A DNA stretch of 64,000 bases from Paraglomus brasilianum (GCA_910592345.1 CAJVPI010000006.1:1-64000); one strand, 5' to 3'. Counted from the first letter of the stretch, positions 39,009 through 52,052 are shown. The notes: generated by a model from the sequence alone, not told the origin. A program made the numbers and translations.

Positions 39009-39144
39009 AGTTTTTAACAACTAATTGTATATAAATATAGTAAGCATCTTACTTTTCCCGAATAGTATAGATTATCTCATTAAGATCTAGCACATTATCA
39101 TAAAAGGGAATCGATTTCTAATCAAAAAGAAAATCTCTTTTTTA

Positions 39145-41424
39145 ATGTCATTCTCCGGAGTCGTCGTCCTAACTGATCTCGACGATTACATTGCACCTTC
39201 CCAGGCTTGTATTTTGCCTGTAGAAGTGAAAAAGAACGAGAATGAAGGAGCCAGGGTTGGTTTAAAGACGATTTCGGCGATAATGTGCAAAATATATACT
39301 GACAGAGTTCATCGAAAGTGTGTCCATTAACGTCTGCAATACTATTTGCTTTTGATATTATTAGACGTCAATAGTGGTTGATGATTTGGGAGGATATTAT
39401 GAAGTATCTGAGAATGGGGCTGAAGTCAAACTCGAACGAGCGAGTATTACTCTCAACGACTGTCTAGCATGCAGGTAAGTAAGCATTTGTTCTTCAAACC
39501 TCTACGCATGAACTTTTCCGTTTGTTTAGTATTAATTTTTCGTATCCCTAACTGTACAAAGTGGATGTATAACCTCTGCAGAGAGCATTCTGTTGACGAT
39601 GCAATCACAGGAAGAGTTATACAAAGTTTTAAAAGCAAACAAAGATGCAACGGAAGCAGGGAATCTGCAAGACGTAAAGACAGTAGTCGTATCGATAGCA
39701 CCGCAGTCTCGAGCTTCACTTGCTGCAAAGTATGGTTTGACCCCGTTGCAGGTACTGAAAATAATTTGTATATCAACAAAGAATGTGCGAAATCGAGAGA
39801 TTATTTTATATAATGTTAGTGTACAATATCTAAATTGCTTTTTGCTTTCCCTTGTATACCTACCTCACGGCTCTTGTCCCAACAAAGACTGCAAACCGTT
39901 TAACTCATTTTTTCAAATCTCTCGGAGTTCATTACGTCCTAGACACGTCTTTTTCACGTGATTTTTCACTGATCGAAACAGCAAACGAGTTCATCGAACG
40001 CTTTCGTGTCTACCAGCAACACCAATCTTCCACCCTACCTTCGCCATCACTTCCTTCTGTCAGGAATGCGTCAAACCCCTCAAGACGGAAAAATGCCATG
40101 GGAAAAGGAGTGGGAGCGGGATCGACAGAAAACACGGCGATGACAAAAGCGCGGCTTCCAATGCTTGCATCTGCCTGTCCAGGTTGGATATGTTATGCCG
40201 AAAAAACGCATGGGTTCGTATTACCATACATTAGCGAGATAAAGTCCCCTCAGCAGATTATGGGCCTGCTTGTTAAGGATTATATTGCAGAGACACTAGG
40301 CTTAAGGTAAATAAGGAAATAGCAAAGGGTTCAGGATGAATTATTTGGTGCAGCATGAAATTCGAGTAGCATACGAACTAGAGTCTTTTATCGATTTCGT
40401 TTCGCTTTGAATTTAACACAAGTTATTAACAAACTGTTTATAATATTGTCGCAATCTTATTCTCATATAAAGATCTAGTCAAATATATCATGTCTCTGTT
40501 ATGATGTGTTATGACAAGAAGCTTGAGGCCTCTCGTTCCGATTTCTTTTCCACGGCGAACCAGACACGCGACGTCGATTGTGTATTAACCACAGGCGAAA
40601 TAGCTCAAATGTTTCTCGAGAAATCCTTTTCTCTCGCTGACTCTCCCGAAGCACCGTTGGACAGGTTTACAAAGATGACATCAGAGAAGAAGATTCTAGG
40701 CAGCTATGGGTCTGCTTCAGGAGGATATTTGGAATATGTTATGAGATGCGCGGCGAGAGAGCTCTTTGGCGTTGATGTGGATGTAGAAAAGGAAAAGGGA
40801 GTTGTGGTGAAAATTGGAAGAAACAAGGATTTTAAGGAAGTGGTTCTTGAGGTTCGTAACAATTTTTGCTGTATGGTCATCACTACGTTATATGTCGCTA
40901 ATTCTATTAATCTTGCATCTACTTTTTCTTAGATAAATTCTAAACCTGTCCTTCGATTTGCACAAGCAAACGGATTCCGAAACATACAAAACCTTGTTCG
41001 TAAAATAAAATCAGGATCTTCGCCCTATCATTATGTAGAGGTAATGGCATGTCCATCAGGTTGCATTAACGGTGGTGGACAGTTAAAGCCTGATGAGGGG
41101 GAAATACCGCTAAAAGAATGGATTAATCGTGTCAACAATGTGTACAAGTCTGTGGATTGTAGTTATCCAGAAGAGAATGAAAGTGTCATGCGATTGTATG
41201 AGTAAGTACGCTTTGCATTAAATTTACATGGGAAGAAGCATAGGGATTGTTGAAGCGTGATTGAGAAGATTTTATGGTATAGTTTATGTATATAACAATC
41301 TTTATTTTTTCTTGATAGTGAGTGGCTCGGAGGAAGAGCCTCATCTAAAGCACAGATGATGTTGCGTACGCAGTATCACAATGTCGAGACTTCTCTGGTT
41401 AATCCATTGGCCGTAAAATGGTGA
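39145..41424 (+). CDS. NAR1: Cytosolic Fe-S cluster assembly factor Nar1 (hydrogenase-like)
   Basis: [91 protein letters not shown]; ends in W*. Confidence 0.95.
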
Positions 41425-42061
41425 TTCTAAAATTATTATTTAAAGCATATACATTATAATCAAAAGACGTTGTAATATAGAGCAATACAATTATAGCAAT
41501 ATGACGTGCACCAGTCATATTTAATTAGAACACGTAATAACTAATAAACATTGCAATTACGAATGTGGCATACTAAGATGATTTATGACAAGGGCGCCAG
41601 GAGAGATAAATCATTTGGATCAGCTTTATCGGCAGAGATAGGGTTTATCAGACGCGACAGATGCTGTCATACTGGCTTCACGCATCCGATCAAAGTATTA
41701 ATAGAGATTATGGAAAGATGCGATCGTGATCGGATAAATTTACGTTTGACCCGATATGCATTCTATGTTGTAAAGTAACAGTTGGAATTGTTCATGTTCG
41801 GGTTGTTTATGTGCCGGATTAGAATACCATTGTTCAATATAGAGGTGGCCTGCAGCCCTCTTTGAATTACGTGTGATTGGTTGGCAATACTGGTTGTGTC
41901 GTGTAATTTGAAATACGCGTAGCATATTAATATACCAACTAAAATGTAGACGAGTTGTTTTTATACATATTATTACGAGTTATTAGTGGCTATTACTATG
42001 TTCCACGTGGTTTTAATAAAATCTATCATCAGAAAATTTTTTATTTTTATATTTCACCACA

Positions 42062-43968
42062 ATGTCAACTTCCATATCGCAACCAAAACCAACAACCAAA
42101 GTAATTTCGCTTGTACTTGACTCGGGTCCACTAATAAAAAACACACCAATTCATCATCTGGCTCAAAAATTCTATACAATACCCGAGGTACTTAACGAGA
42201 TACGGGATAAAAAGTCGAGAGAGTACGTTAGTCAATTGCCATTCGAATTAGAAATTAAGAATCCGTCTGAACATGCTTTGAGAGAAGGTAAATTTAAAAT
42301 CAATTTGTCTTATCCAGATCGTAGAGTGGGTCAACATAAATCAAACTAAGCCATTTCTCTCGCATGAATTGAATAGTTGTTAATTTCGCGAAAAAATCCG
42401 GCGATTTTGCTGTATTGTCAGCAGTTGATATAAGAGTGTTGGCATTAACTTATATGCTTGAAATTGAAGCTAATGGAACGTCAAGAATAAGAAAAGAGCC
42501 AATAAAGGTTTGATTGGAATTAGATGAATGGTGGAGGATATTAAAAATATAATATGGCTAATGCGAGATATATATTTTGTATGTTCGACTCTTTAGCCCA
42601 CAACACGTCAAGGAGGAGCAGTGAAAAACGAAGCTAAGAACATGATTATAAGGGAGGATCAGGAGAAGAAGGAAGAAGTTGATCGCGCAACTGGTAATAG
42701 TGTTGATGATGGGAAGGAAGTTGATGATGGGAAAGACGTTGATGATGGGAAAGACGTTGATGATGGGAAGGAAGTTGATTATGGGAAGGAAGTTGATGAT
42801 GGGAAGGGCGTTAATGATGGGAAAGAAGATGATGATGGAAAAGACAATGATTGCGATAATAGTCAAGACGCTGGGGAATCTGCTTGCATAGAAGAAAACT
42901 GTCGCAATGATGTGCCTACTACGGACGTACATGAAAAGGAAGAACACCGTGGCGGGAATGATGGTGGCAAGAGTGACAATGACAGTGATGGAGAGTGGAT
43001 CACTCCTGATAATATTCACAAGCATCAAGCAAAAGAACGTAGTCACATTGCTAAATCGGCCAAATCTCAAAAAGAAGTTTATATGAAAGTCGCTTGTATG
43101 ACTGTGGACTATACAATGCAGGTAATAAGACGCATTAAATTTAAAGTCTTGATTTATTATAACAACAAGATTAATACAATCAATCCAATTCAATACACCG
43201 CATCAGAATGTTCTTCTGCAGATGAGACTGAATCTTATTGCTGCTGATGGAATGAGAATTAAAAGAATAAAGAATTTTGTGCTCAGATGTCATGCATGTT
43301 ACAAGTATGTATCCAATAAATTAAATACAAACTCTAAAACGCATTCTTATACTGTTTAATGAATTTAACATCACGTTCACTTCTTACAATTATTCCAACA
43401 TCAATAGAATAACGACTAATATGGAAAAACAATTTTGTCCAACATGCGGTAATGCAACTCTCATTCGAACATCTACAACAACAGATGAAAATGGAAACGT
43501 TACTTACTATCTCAAGAAAAATTTTCGATACAACCTCAGAGGAACAATTGTAGGCATATCTCGTAAATTACTTGGTTGTAGCACTGTGTAAATGTTAGAA
43601 CGAGACAATGTAGTATAGTGCGTTATTCTCTTTCACACATTACAACACACACTCAAACTAACTTTCTTCATTCAACAAATACGCCTGTAACTTCTCTTAC
43701 TCGAACCGTCTCCAAGTATCCAATTCCAAACCCCCAGGGCGGAAAGAATGCTAAAAATCTTGTGCTCCGCGAAGACCAACAAGAATATCAAAGGGCTCTC
43801 AGGGCACACCGAAAACAAAAAACGGTTGACATATTTGATCCTGATTACGTTCCAAACCTACTGATTGGTGCCAGTCCGCCTGCAGCAGTGGGCCCTCCAA
43901 TTATTGGATATGGGAAACGAAACCCGAATGAGCGACGAGGGAGAGGAAAGAGCAATAGAAAGAAATGA
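42062..43968 (+). CDS. NOB1: 20S pre-rRNA D-site endonuclease Nob1
   Basis: PIN domain VLDSGPLI..YTIPEVLNEIRD, GDFAVLSAVDIRVLALTY; DGEWITPDN; VACMTVDYTMQNV; zinc ribbon LRCHAC..FCPTCGN; LREDQ. Confidence 0.95.
42702..42845 (+). repeat. Coding 18-bp minisatellite (VDDGKE/D)x8 in NOB1
   Basis: GTTGATGATGGGAAGGAA-like units in tandem. Confidence 0.95.
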
Positions 43969-44220
43969 TTGAAAAAGTGAGTTTTGGTAATGAAGAGAAA
44001 GGAAATAGTATGGCTGTGGCTTTACACAATTGGGTGATTGGACTTTAGGGCTGGTCTTTGGGTATAGTTATAAGCTACGTTTATTTATTGGTTGTTTTTT
44101 TTTTTTTACACTGGCAAAAGCAAGAACGACACACACACACACAACTGTAAATTAGTTGCATAATAGCTATATTCTATTCTTAACCAATAGTTCCTCCATC
44201 AAATTTTCTCACCTCTTCGT

Positions 44221-45576
44221 TCATCCAAGTTCTTTGATTGACTTGATATCTTGGATCCACCTTAATTCGCTAGCTAATTCAGGATGCTCCTTCCTCACCC
44301 AATCAATAACTTCAAATTCGTCTTCTCTTTTCTCCCAAGCATGTAAGTAAGTCAACAATGCTCTCAATGTTCTCTGTGAGGGTTTCAACCCCAGCTCTTT
44401 CATCTCTTCAATGAGCACTCTCTTTGCTTCTTCAAATATGCTGTGTCTTGCCAATACCTCAATGTAGGACGTCGCGTTTTCTTCGTTTAACTCGAACCCA
44501 TTCTGTTTGAGGGAATTCCATATTTGCGTAGTCCGATGCATTTGGTAAATTGATCCACATGAATCCAGAACTATCGAAACGGTTGTATTGTTGATAGGGT
44601 AGTTATTTGCTATCAACAAGTCAAAAATACTCAAAACCTCAAGGCTGGCACCTAGACAATTGTATGCATCCATAATTGCATTATATAAATCAATATCGAT
44701 ATCAATGTTCAGATCAACTTTTATCATATTATGAATTTTCAAAACTCCTCTGTCGTCCCCCACATTGGAAAAGCCCCGGATGAGAATTGCGTACGTCTTT
44801 GTGTTGGGTGAAATACAAGAGTAAAGCATTTCGGAGAAGAGGCTTTCGGCATCGTGCATCTGTCCAGTGTCCGATAGAATTTGGTAAAACGCGTGATATG
44901 CCTCGAGTCCTAGTGGAATGTTTTGGGATTTAAGCGTATTGTAGCATTTCCAGGCCACTTCCGTGCGGCCGTGACGCATTAACTCTGTAATAATAGAGAC
45001 GAGTGGAGATATACTTTCCAAAGACAAAGAAGAAGTAGAAGATGAGGTCTGTCGAAGACCGTTGTTGCTGTCCGAAATTAATGTTTGTAAGAGAGACTCA
45101 AACAATGCATAAGCAGCCTCAATGTCATTATTTCTTAAATAGGCTCCTACTAAAGCGCAATAAATCTCATTATCAATTTTAATGTCGTTCTTCTTCATTT
45201 CCTCATAAATTTTTATAGCCGACTTGACATCACCCGCCGAATCGTTACATATATCCACGATCAATCTCGCATACGTTCGTTCGTTCGGCTGAATTTTAGT
45301 TTTTATCTCTTCTAACCCCAATGCCTCCATCATGCCAGCATTTTTGGGTGTAATTACTGTTACTTCTAGTCGTTCATCAGATTTTTTCTGGAGTCTGTTT
45401 GTTAATCCTTCCGTGTATAGTCGACATGCGCACTTTGGTGTGTAGCTGGGTATGTGACATTGTTGCGGGGAGTAAAAAGTATTACGCAGTTGTTTTGTTG
45501 AGACAACTGTTGCTGTATTGAATGCTCTTCTGCGATACGACGAAAGAATGTAAAATGAACTTCGAACATTCACCAT
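44221..45576 (-). CDS. Pentatricopeptide-repeat protein, probably mitochondrial, intronless
   Basis: 451-aa ORF with an Arg/Ser-rich N-terminus and repeated PPR motifs (PNERTYARLI, IYCALVGAY, PNTKTYAILIRGF, LYNAIMDAY, PSQRTLRALL). Confidence 0.9.
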   Translation of the reverse strand: MVNVRSSFYILSSYRRRAFNTATVVSTKQLRNTFYSPQQCHIPSYTPKCACRLYTEGLTNRLQKKSDERLEVTVITPKNAGMMEALGLEEIKTKIQPNERTYARLIVDICNDSAGDVKSAIKIYEEMKKNDIKIDNEIYCALVGAYLRNNDIEAAYALFESLLQTLISDSNNGLRQTSSSTSSLSLESISPLVSIITELMRHGRTEVAWKCYNTLKSQNIPLGLEAYHAFYQILSDTGQMHDAESLFSEMLYSCISPNTKTYAILIRGFSNVGDDRGVLKIHNMIKVDLNIDIDIDLYNAIMDAYNCLGASLEVLSIFDLLIANNYPINNTTVSIVLDSCGSIYQMHRTTQIWNSLKQNGFELNEENATSYIEVLARHSIFEEAKRVLIEEMKELGLKPSQRTLRALLTYLHAWEKREDEFEVIDWVRKEHPELASELRWIQDIKSIKELG

Positions 45577-46686
45577 ATTAACTTCGTCGAAATTATTTTT
45601 GAGATCACATAAGCTGGTAGATGAAGCAATCTGTGCGACTGAACAAATTTATTAGTTGTGTAACTTTCCTTATTATTATTATACAGCTATTACTGATATT
45701 AAACCACAAGTCTGGGTTTTCCTATAAGCTCAAAGTTATTTGGCACACAATTTTGACGCGTTTCATAAAGTCAAAAAAGAAATCCTACAATAAAACTAAC
45801 CATCTCGAGTCAATTTCGACTATTTAACATTCTTTTAATCAGCGTACTTGCAAAAAAATTTTCATGCCTCAATAGCTTTGGCTTTTTCCATGATGGTTTG
45901 TGTTAGGACTCGAACCGCCTGCGTCTCCAGCGGATCGTCTAATCAGTAGCTCTTAATTTTATCATGCCTCAAAAGTCGAATACTCATTCGCTTATAATCT
46001 ACACTCAGCTACCTCCCAATATTAAGTGCCAAACTCTTTTTTAACTGACAAGCAGAACATTTAATAGACAATTTAACGACTATGTTTTAATCATTATCTC
46101 CTCTTGTAACCATACTTAGCTTGACACTTTGTTGTCAATAATAAATTCCATGCACAACAACTAAACTCGTTCATGTGTGCTTCTGCTCGCAAATTAGTTT
46201 TACCTGATCTAACAAAAATCTAAATGGCGCAATTCTCTTCCCGAAACGTGGTAAGAATGCCGTTTGACCTTATATTTTTATGGGTGTTCTTAATATACCA
46301 TCATAATAACTTTCTCGTTAGACAAGTTGGATATTATTTAATATTAATAACCATTAACGCGTTTCAATATATTAAAAGCCAACGTATTAGAAGTATGCGA
46401 AACAGCATTAACAAAGTCGATTTTATTTTGCGTACATGGTTGTCCAACTAAGTGCTGACTTTGAGAAATGCGGTCAGACTAACGGGAGTTTGTGGATAAT
46501 ATTTAAAATTGGAATTTGAATGCTCTCAATATTAATATCGAACATCAACATTTATATAAATATGCTAGTTGCCTTGGAATATGGATCATAAAAATAACTT
46601 TAATAGTGTCGTCACACGTTTCTGCAATTTTCAATCTCAACCCTTGCAATCTGATCCCCTGCACTATATAAATTTTTTGCATTTAT

Positions 46687-46698
46687 TGAAAATTTTTT
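46687..46698 (+). promoter_or_regulatory. RRPE-like element upstream of NOP58 (similar GAAAATTTTT at 42032 upstream of NOB1)
   Basis: TGAAAATTTTTT about 30 bp before the ATG. RRPE is the known fungal ribosome-biogenesis promoter motif, but the AT-rich background weakens the call. Confidence 0.45.
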
Positions 46699-46728
46699 TC
46701 GTTTCGTGTCTTCAATAATAAAATCATA

Positions 46729-48935
46729 ATGCTCATACTAGTTGAAAATGCTGCTGGATTTGCTCTTTTTCGATATATTGGAAGCGATACGGATTTTCCT
46801 CAAACTATAGCGGCAAACTTTGGATCAACCGAAAAGGCAAAAAGAGCGTACGTATAGAGTTGCATTTGAGATCTCGCGTTTTATACCTGCTCCGTAAGAC
46901 CGAAGCGTCGATTAATGTTAATTTGATTATCCAAAATTATCTGCCAACATCCAACCACCCTCTAGTGCTAAACTCCAATTATTTCATAAATTTGCTGGTA
47001 TGGACGAAGCTGTGGAAGCTTGTTCGGCTATAGCAGAGAGTCGAATATCCTCGTCGCTTGACGATTTCCTGAAAGAAGCATTAACAGAGAGCATTAAAAA
47101 AAGCGAGAAGTTGGCAGTAGCAGAGCCCAAGCTTGGTATGTATTATAGTCAAAACGATTAAACTTTGTTGCGCCCCCTGTCAATTAGAGTGTTCATAATA
47201 TACGTGTGCTTTGCTTATCCCATGTCTAATTCATACACGTATATATACCGAATGAATTTGCACAGGAAATGCAATAAGTGAGCGATATGGAATCCAAGTA
47301 CTCGTAGATGACAGGACTTTGAACTTGTACCGTGGAATCCGCGAACATCTGCCAGATCTTCTCGGTACACTTGCAGTTAAAGAATTATCAGACATGAAAC
47401 TTGGTTTGTCTCATTCTACGTCAAGACACAATATTCAATTTTCGCCGGATAAAGTTGATACAATGGTCATACACGCCGTGGCGTTGATTGACGATTTGGA
47501 CAAGGAATTAAATAGCTACACGATGAGGTGTAAGGAGTGGTACGGATATCACTTTCCCGAGATGAAAGACATAGTCACTGACAGCTTGCAGTTTGCAAAG
47601 GTTGTTAAGGCAATGAGTATGTATTGTCACGTCTTGAAAACAGTTATACTCGTAAATTTTCTGTGTGAAAATCAATTTTTAATGTTCCATACTATATACA
47701 AAAGGTACTCGTGCATCAGTTCGCACGGCAGATTTCTCTGATATTCTTGACGAAGAAACGATTACTCGACTTCGAGATGCTGCCGATACTTCTATGGGTT
47801 CAGATATCACGATGGAGGATGCTCTGAACATTGAATATGCATGCGAGCAAATAATAGCTCTTACCAACTACCGTACGGAACTACAGCAATATTTATCTGC
47901 TAGAATGGCTGCTATTGCACCAAATGTGACACCGCTTGTAGGCGATTTAGTTGGAGCAAGATTGATTTCTCATGCAGGCAGTTTGATGAGTTTGGCCAAA
48001 TATCCTTCAAGTACTGTACAGATTTTAGGAGCCGAGAAGGCATTGTTTAGAGCATTAAAGACTAAGCGTGAAACACCAAAGTACGGAATTATTTATCATG
48101 CGAGCTTGGTTGGACAAGCGTCAGCTAAGAATAAGGGAAAGGTGAGTTTAAAGTGCGTGTGCGCGTGCGTGTGCGTGTGCGTGTAGAGACAAATGAATAT
48201 GTGTAAAACGTGTTGGCTAGTGTCGCCATATGAAATAATACGACTAACAATTATTTATTCAAAATCACTGTGTAGGTCGCTCGAACTCTTGCATCAAAGC
48301 TGGCATTATCTATTCGTGTCGATGCAATCGCAGAAGAGAAGGATGAAACAGGAGAACTTGGTAAAGCGAGTCGTGCCTATCTTGAGAAGAGGGTGGGTCA
48401 ATTGGAGGCACGGTTGACAAATACTAAGACCAAAGACAAGACAAAAAAGAAAGAAGTAAAGTCAACAAAACCCAAGTATGGATATAAATCTTGTATTTAA
48501 ATCACTGTAATTAGTTGATTTGTTGATTAATAATTCTTATCTTCACAATTTTCACATGTATTTAGAGATGCTGGTTCATATAATATTTCTGGAGATGTGG
48601 TTAATGTACAAGCGTCTAGCTCAAGAGTGATTGAGAAAGATGAGATGCAAGTAGAGTCTCCGATCAAATCATCCTCAGAAGAAACGTCTACTAAGAAACG
48701 TAAACAACTCGGGGAAGCGGAGACAAAATCAAGCAAGAAAGCGCGGTTAACAAGTGATAATATCAAGGGCAAGATAAAAGAAACGAAACAGGAAACAAGA
48801 TCAGAGCCAGAGCCAGAGTCAGAGTCAGAATCAGAGCCAGAGCCAGAGTCAGAATCAGAGTCAGAATCAGAGTCAGAAGAGTCAGAGTCAGAGTCAGAAT
48901 CAGAGTCGGAGTCAGAGTCAGAGTCAGAGTCTTGA
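46729..48935 (+). CDS. NOP58: Box C/D snoRNP core protein Nop58
   Basis: [110 protein letters not shown]. Confidence 0.92.
48801..48932 (+). repeat. Coding hexamer repeat (TCAGAG)n encoding an (ES/EP)n tail
   Basis: Read directly at the 3' end of NOP58. Confidence 0.95.
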
Positions 48936-49520
48936 GTCTGTCGAGTGAGCAGACATTTGATTCTTTGTAATTTCGCGTGTGCAGTCGTCTAACTTTTTAA
49001 GTACTATAATAATAAAAAGGCAACTTCATAGGGAAGTTCCTTGCCTTCATCGGCAATGACTTTGCCAAACTAACATAGTAATTATATGTAACATACAGAA
49101 ACCCAACGCTATAAATTGCATAGAGTCGATAAAATCAAATCTGCTAGATAAGATCAGAAGACAAGCAGAACGACTCTTGCGAATGGCCGAGTAGGAGCGT
49201 ATATAACCGATCGGCCCGGAAAAGAATTCGCGTAATTTTGGCGCCAATAGAAACGATTTTGGCGAGAATTGTTTTGTAGAATGGAAGAAAGTCCAAGTCC
49301 CAAAAGCCATACTAATGAACTTTCCCACTCCAGTAGAGAGTGATTATAAATTTGTGATCGTAGTTTTATGAACGCAAACCAAATCTACGTGTATTAAGTA
49401 TATAATTATTTTAATATTTCTTTTTATTTAAGTGGGAAAAGCAAGTGAGAGTCATTGAAAAATAGCAAGAAAATTAATGAGCATTGAAGTTATGGAGAGG
49501 ATTTTAGTCTAAATATTTTA

Positions 49521-51160
49521 TTAGTTGCCAGTATAAATTGGTTGTGGACAAGTAATGTCTTTAAATTCATCTCTAACAAATGGGCGAATCTTATGATAAA
49601 GATACTCTTGCCTTTTGTAATCCAAAGGAGAAGGGGTTAGCGTTAGTACTAGAATTGAAAAGGATTTAATTTCTTTGGTAACTTCAGAAACACTTGCTTT
49701 TCTAGTTTTTAACAAATTAAATTCAGTATAAATGCCATTAGCGACCAGCTGAGCTTTGACAACACCAGGTTTGGCTGCTTCGAATACAAAATGCCGATAC
49801 TTTTGTAAACCACTCAATTTCTTAAAGAAAATTCCCAACACGGAATTTAAGATCTAAATATTGAAAACCTTTGCCGTTTTCATAGCACTGAGCCTTGTTT
49901 AATCCCGTTGTACTTGATTTTTTCACAACCTCAACAATATGTTTTACACAATCTACCGTTGTTTTCCGGTATAGTTTTTTAATTAATCCGAAACTACCAT
50001 CACACTTGAATTTAGTACCATGAAATTTAATTCAAATGGTAGCATTATTTTTATTCTGTCCACCCGCGTTATCTTTAAATATTTTTCGCCTTTATTCAAT
50101 CTCTTAATTCCATCGAACACCATGCTCAGTGAGCCGTTAGGGCCCTTGCTGATAATTTCGTCTTCATCGAGAACGTTTGTTCGCGCACTGCTTCATCTTG
50201 TATGCCAAATAAATGCACTTTGCGTGGACTGAGATAATAAATCTTACTCCCCTGTTGATCGGAATGGGCCACGCGAACGTTTTGTGCTCAATCATAACTG
50301 TAATGAACAGTAGCGTCAATGCTACAATAAGCTTTACCTCTTGTTATAAAATGCTCATTTACTAATTTTCTCTGTTGTTCTGCTAATTTCGTATTTTTGT
50401 TTTAATAGTTTCTCTAATTTAGCCTTAACTAATACTAAACGTTCTTTGTATTTTTTTAGTAAATATTTCGCTTCTTCCTTACGAGCATTATACTATAAGC
50501 CATTCCGAAAATGTTACATAAATCCGTTCTGGACTCATAATTTGAATATAAGGCGTTAATTGGTGCCATAACTTGCGAAATGCATCGTATTTTAACAATT
50601 TCAATGCGCTGTCGTTTTCGAGACCCGCAATAAAATCGTTTCAGCTGACAAAAGTGTAAGCGATTGAGCGCTGACATTTCTACCAGTCCATGAATTTCAG
50701 CCTAGTTTTCAAGAAAATTTTTAACGGCGGTAGCAATGGGTATATCAATGGTTATTTTGGTTTTCCATCGCGGCACTTTTTTTACATTACCATGAACGCG
50801 TGGTATTATACCATTCGTCGCTAGGTGATTTCTGACGTTTTCGAAGTGAGTGCAACCAATTCCTAACATATTAAGATACGCTTTTTGACAAAGTGGCGTA
50901 TTACGATCTCAGTTCTCTTATTAATCCGCGTTTTCTTTTTAAGGCGTCGACTGGCAGTTATTTCTCCGCCATTCATTGCTTTCAGCTGGGCCATTAAAAA
51001 TATATCTTTTTCGGATCTAGAGAGAGCTTGAAACGCTTCACGTAATTCGGCAAACTCTTCTCTTGAAATCTTTTTTGAACAACCACAATTGCAACCTAAT
51101 TCCAAGAAGCGTATGGCTTTTCATATTCAGTCAAACCATTATAACTATAATTTTCCATAT
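49521..51160 (-). pseudogene. Sola-like DDE transposase pseudogene, copy 2
   Basis: Collinear with 33173-34708 (MELGCNCGCSK, FAELREAFQALSR, SKGPNGSLSMVFDGIKRL, NAGGQNKNN, TKFKCDGSFGLIK). Includes the C-terminus RQEYLYHKIRPFV..CPQP. Many frameshifts and deletions. Confidence 0.75.
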
Positions 51161-51432
51161 ATAAGTTTTATCATTCGTAATTATGGTTGAGTTAATAATT
51201 GAAAGTTGTGTGGTGATTGATTATTTGGATAGACTGCTTAGCTATGTCATGGACAGTTCTTACTTTTCTATATACTAATACTCTTGTTTACATATTTAAT
51301 AATAATTTATAATGTTCTTTTTTGTTTGCCTTCGCTTGTCCACTTTTCTACTCTAGGGATTGATGACGATTGTTTAACACCTAGACCACTGACTAAAAGA
51401 CCCATATGTAGCAAAAGACCCACCAGGTACTA

Positions 51433-51486
51433 CAGTCAACTCTGTTTATAAGGACCACCTCGAACAAAGCAAATTCGGTCCTTATA
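51433..51486 (+). mobile_element. Solo pogo/Tigger-like terminal sequence
   Basis: TA|CAGTCAACTCTGTTTATAAGGACC with internal inverted GGTCCTTATA. No partner end seen. Confidence 0.45.
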
Positions 51487-51581
51487 TCTTACATGCAAGC
51501 GTGTTATGTGTGTATCCAATGTTGGTGCTGTGGTAGATTTTTATTCTTTTCTAATTGATTGTAGGTAGTAACTCATCAATA

Positions 51582-52052
51582 TTATGATTCAGCCAAGAGT
51601 ATCGATCTTTGTCTCCTCCATTCTCTCTCTATTTCCTCTAGCCTCTTCTCCACCTCATCGGTTCTCGCCTCAACGCGTCTGACTTTTGTGTCCACGATGT
51701 AGTTGATTCCCCACAGACAATCCCCGTCAATGTTCCAATTTTTTATTCCGACGTCGCTATATTTAGGAAACCCCGTCACGTCTGCAAAAAACTGATTCTC
51801 TAACATCTTCCTCTTCTGTCTCTCCTCCCACAATTGTGTTCCAGAGGGTGCTGATATCTGAAATGTAATATATCGTTCTACGGTATTCGTTGTTTCCGTA
51901 GTCGTCGTCTGATGTTTCTGAAAGACATGTTTTTGCGATTTGAGAAATGAAGGTTGTGGAAGTTGTTTGAGGTGGTTTTGGTTTTGGTTTTGGTGGATGG
52001 AAGGGTCCTTTAAATACGATGACATTACATAATGATGACAATAATAACCCAT
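51582..52052 (-). CDS. Hypothetical protein (156 aa; may start at 52025) with C-terminal coiled coil
   Basis: Open frame with a low-complexity N-terminus, a globular-looking middle and an E/R-rich end. Head-to-head with the F-box gene. No family recognised. Confidence 0.55.
   Translation of the reverse strand: MGYYCHHYVMSSYLKDPSIHQNQNQNHLKQLPQPSFLKSQKHVFQKHQTTTTETTNTVERYITFQISAPSGTQLWEERQKRKMLENQFFADVTGFPKYSDVGIKNWNIDGDCLWGINYIVDTKVRRVEARTDEVEKRLEEIEREWRRQRSILLAES

Noticed and set aside
42558..43193. Antisense and alternative-frame ORFs over NOB1 (similar shadow ORFs over NPR3, ACO2, ARP3 and the membrane protein)
   Set aside because: By-products of the coding repeat or codon structure of the real gene.
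46848..48567. Intronic box C/D snoRNAs in NOP58 introns
   Set aside because: No convincing RTGATGA...CTGA pair with a terminal stem was seen.
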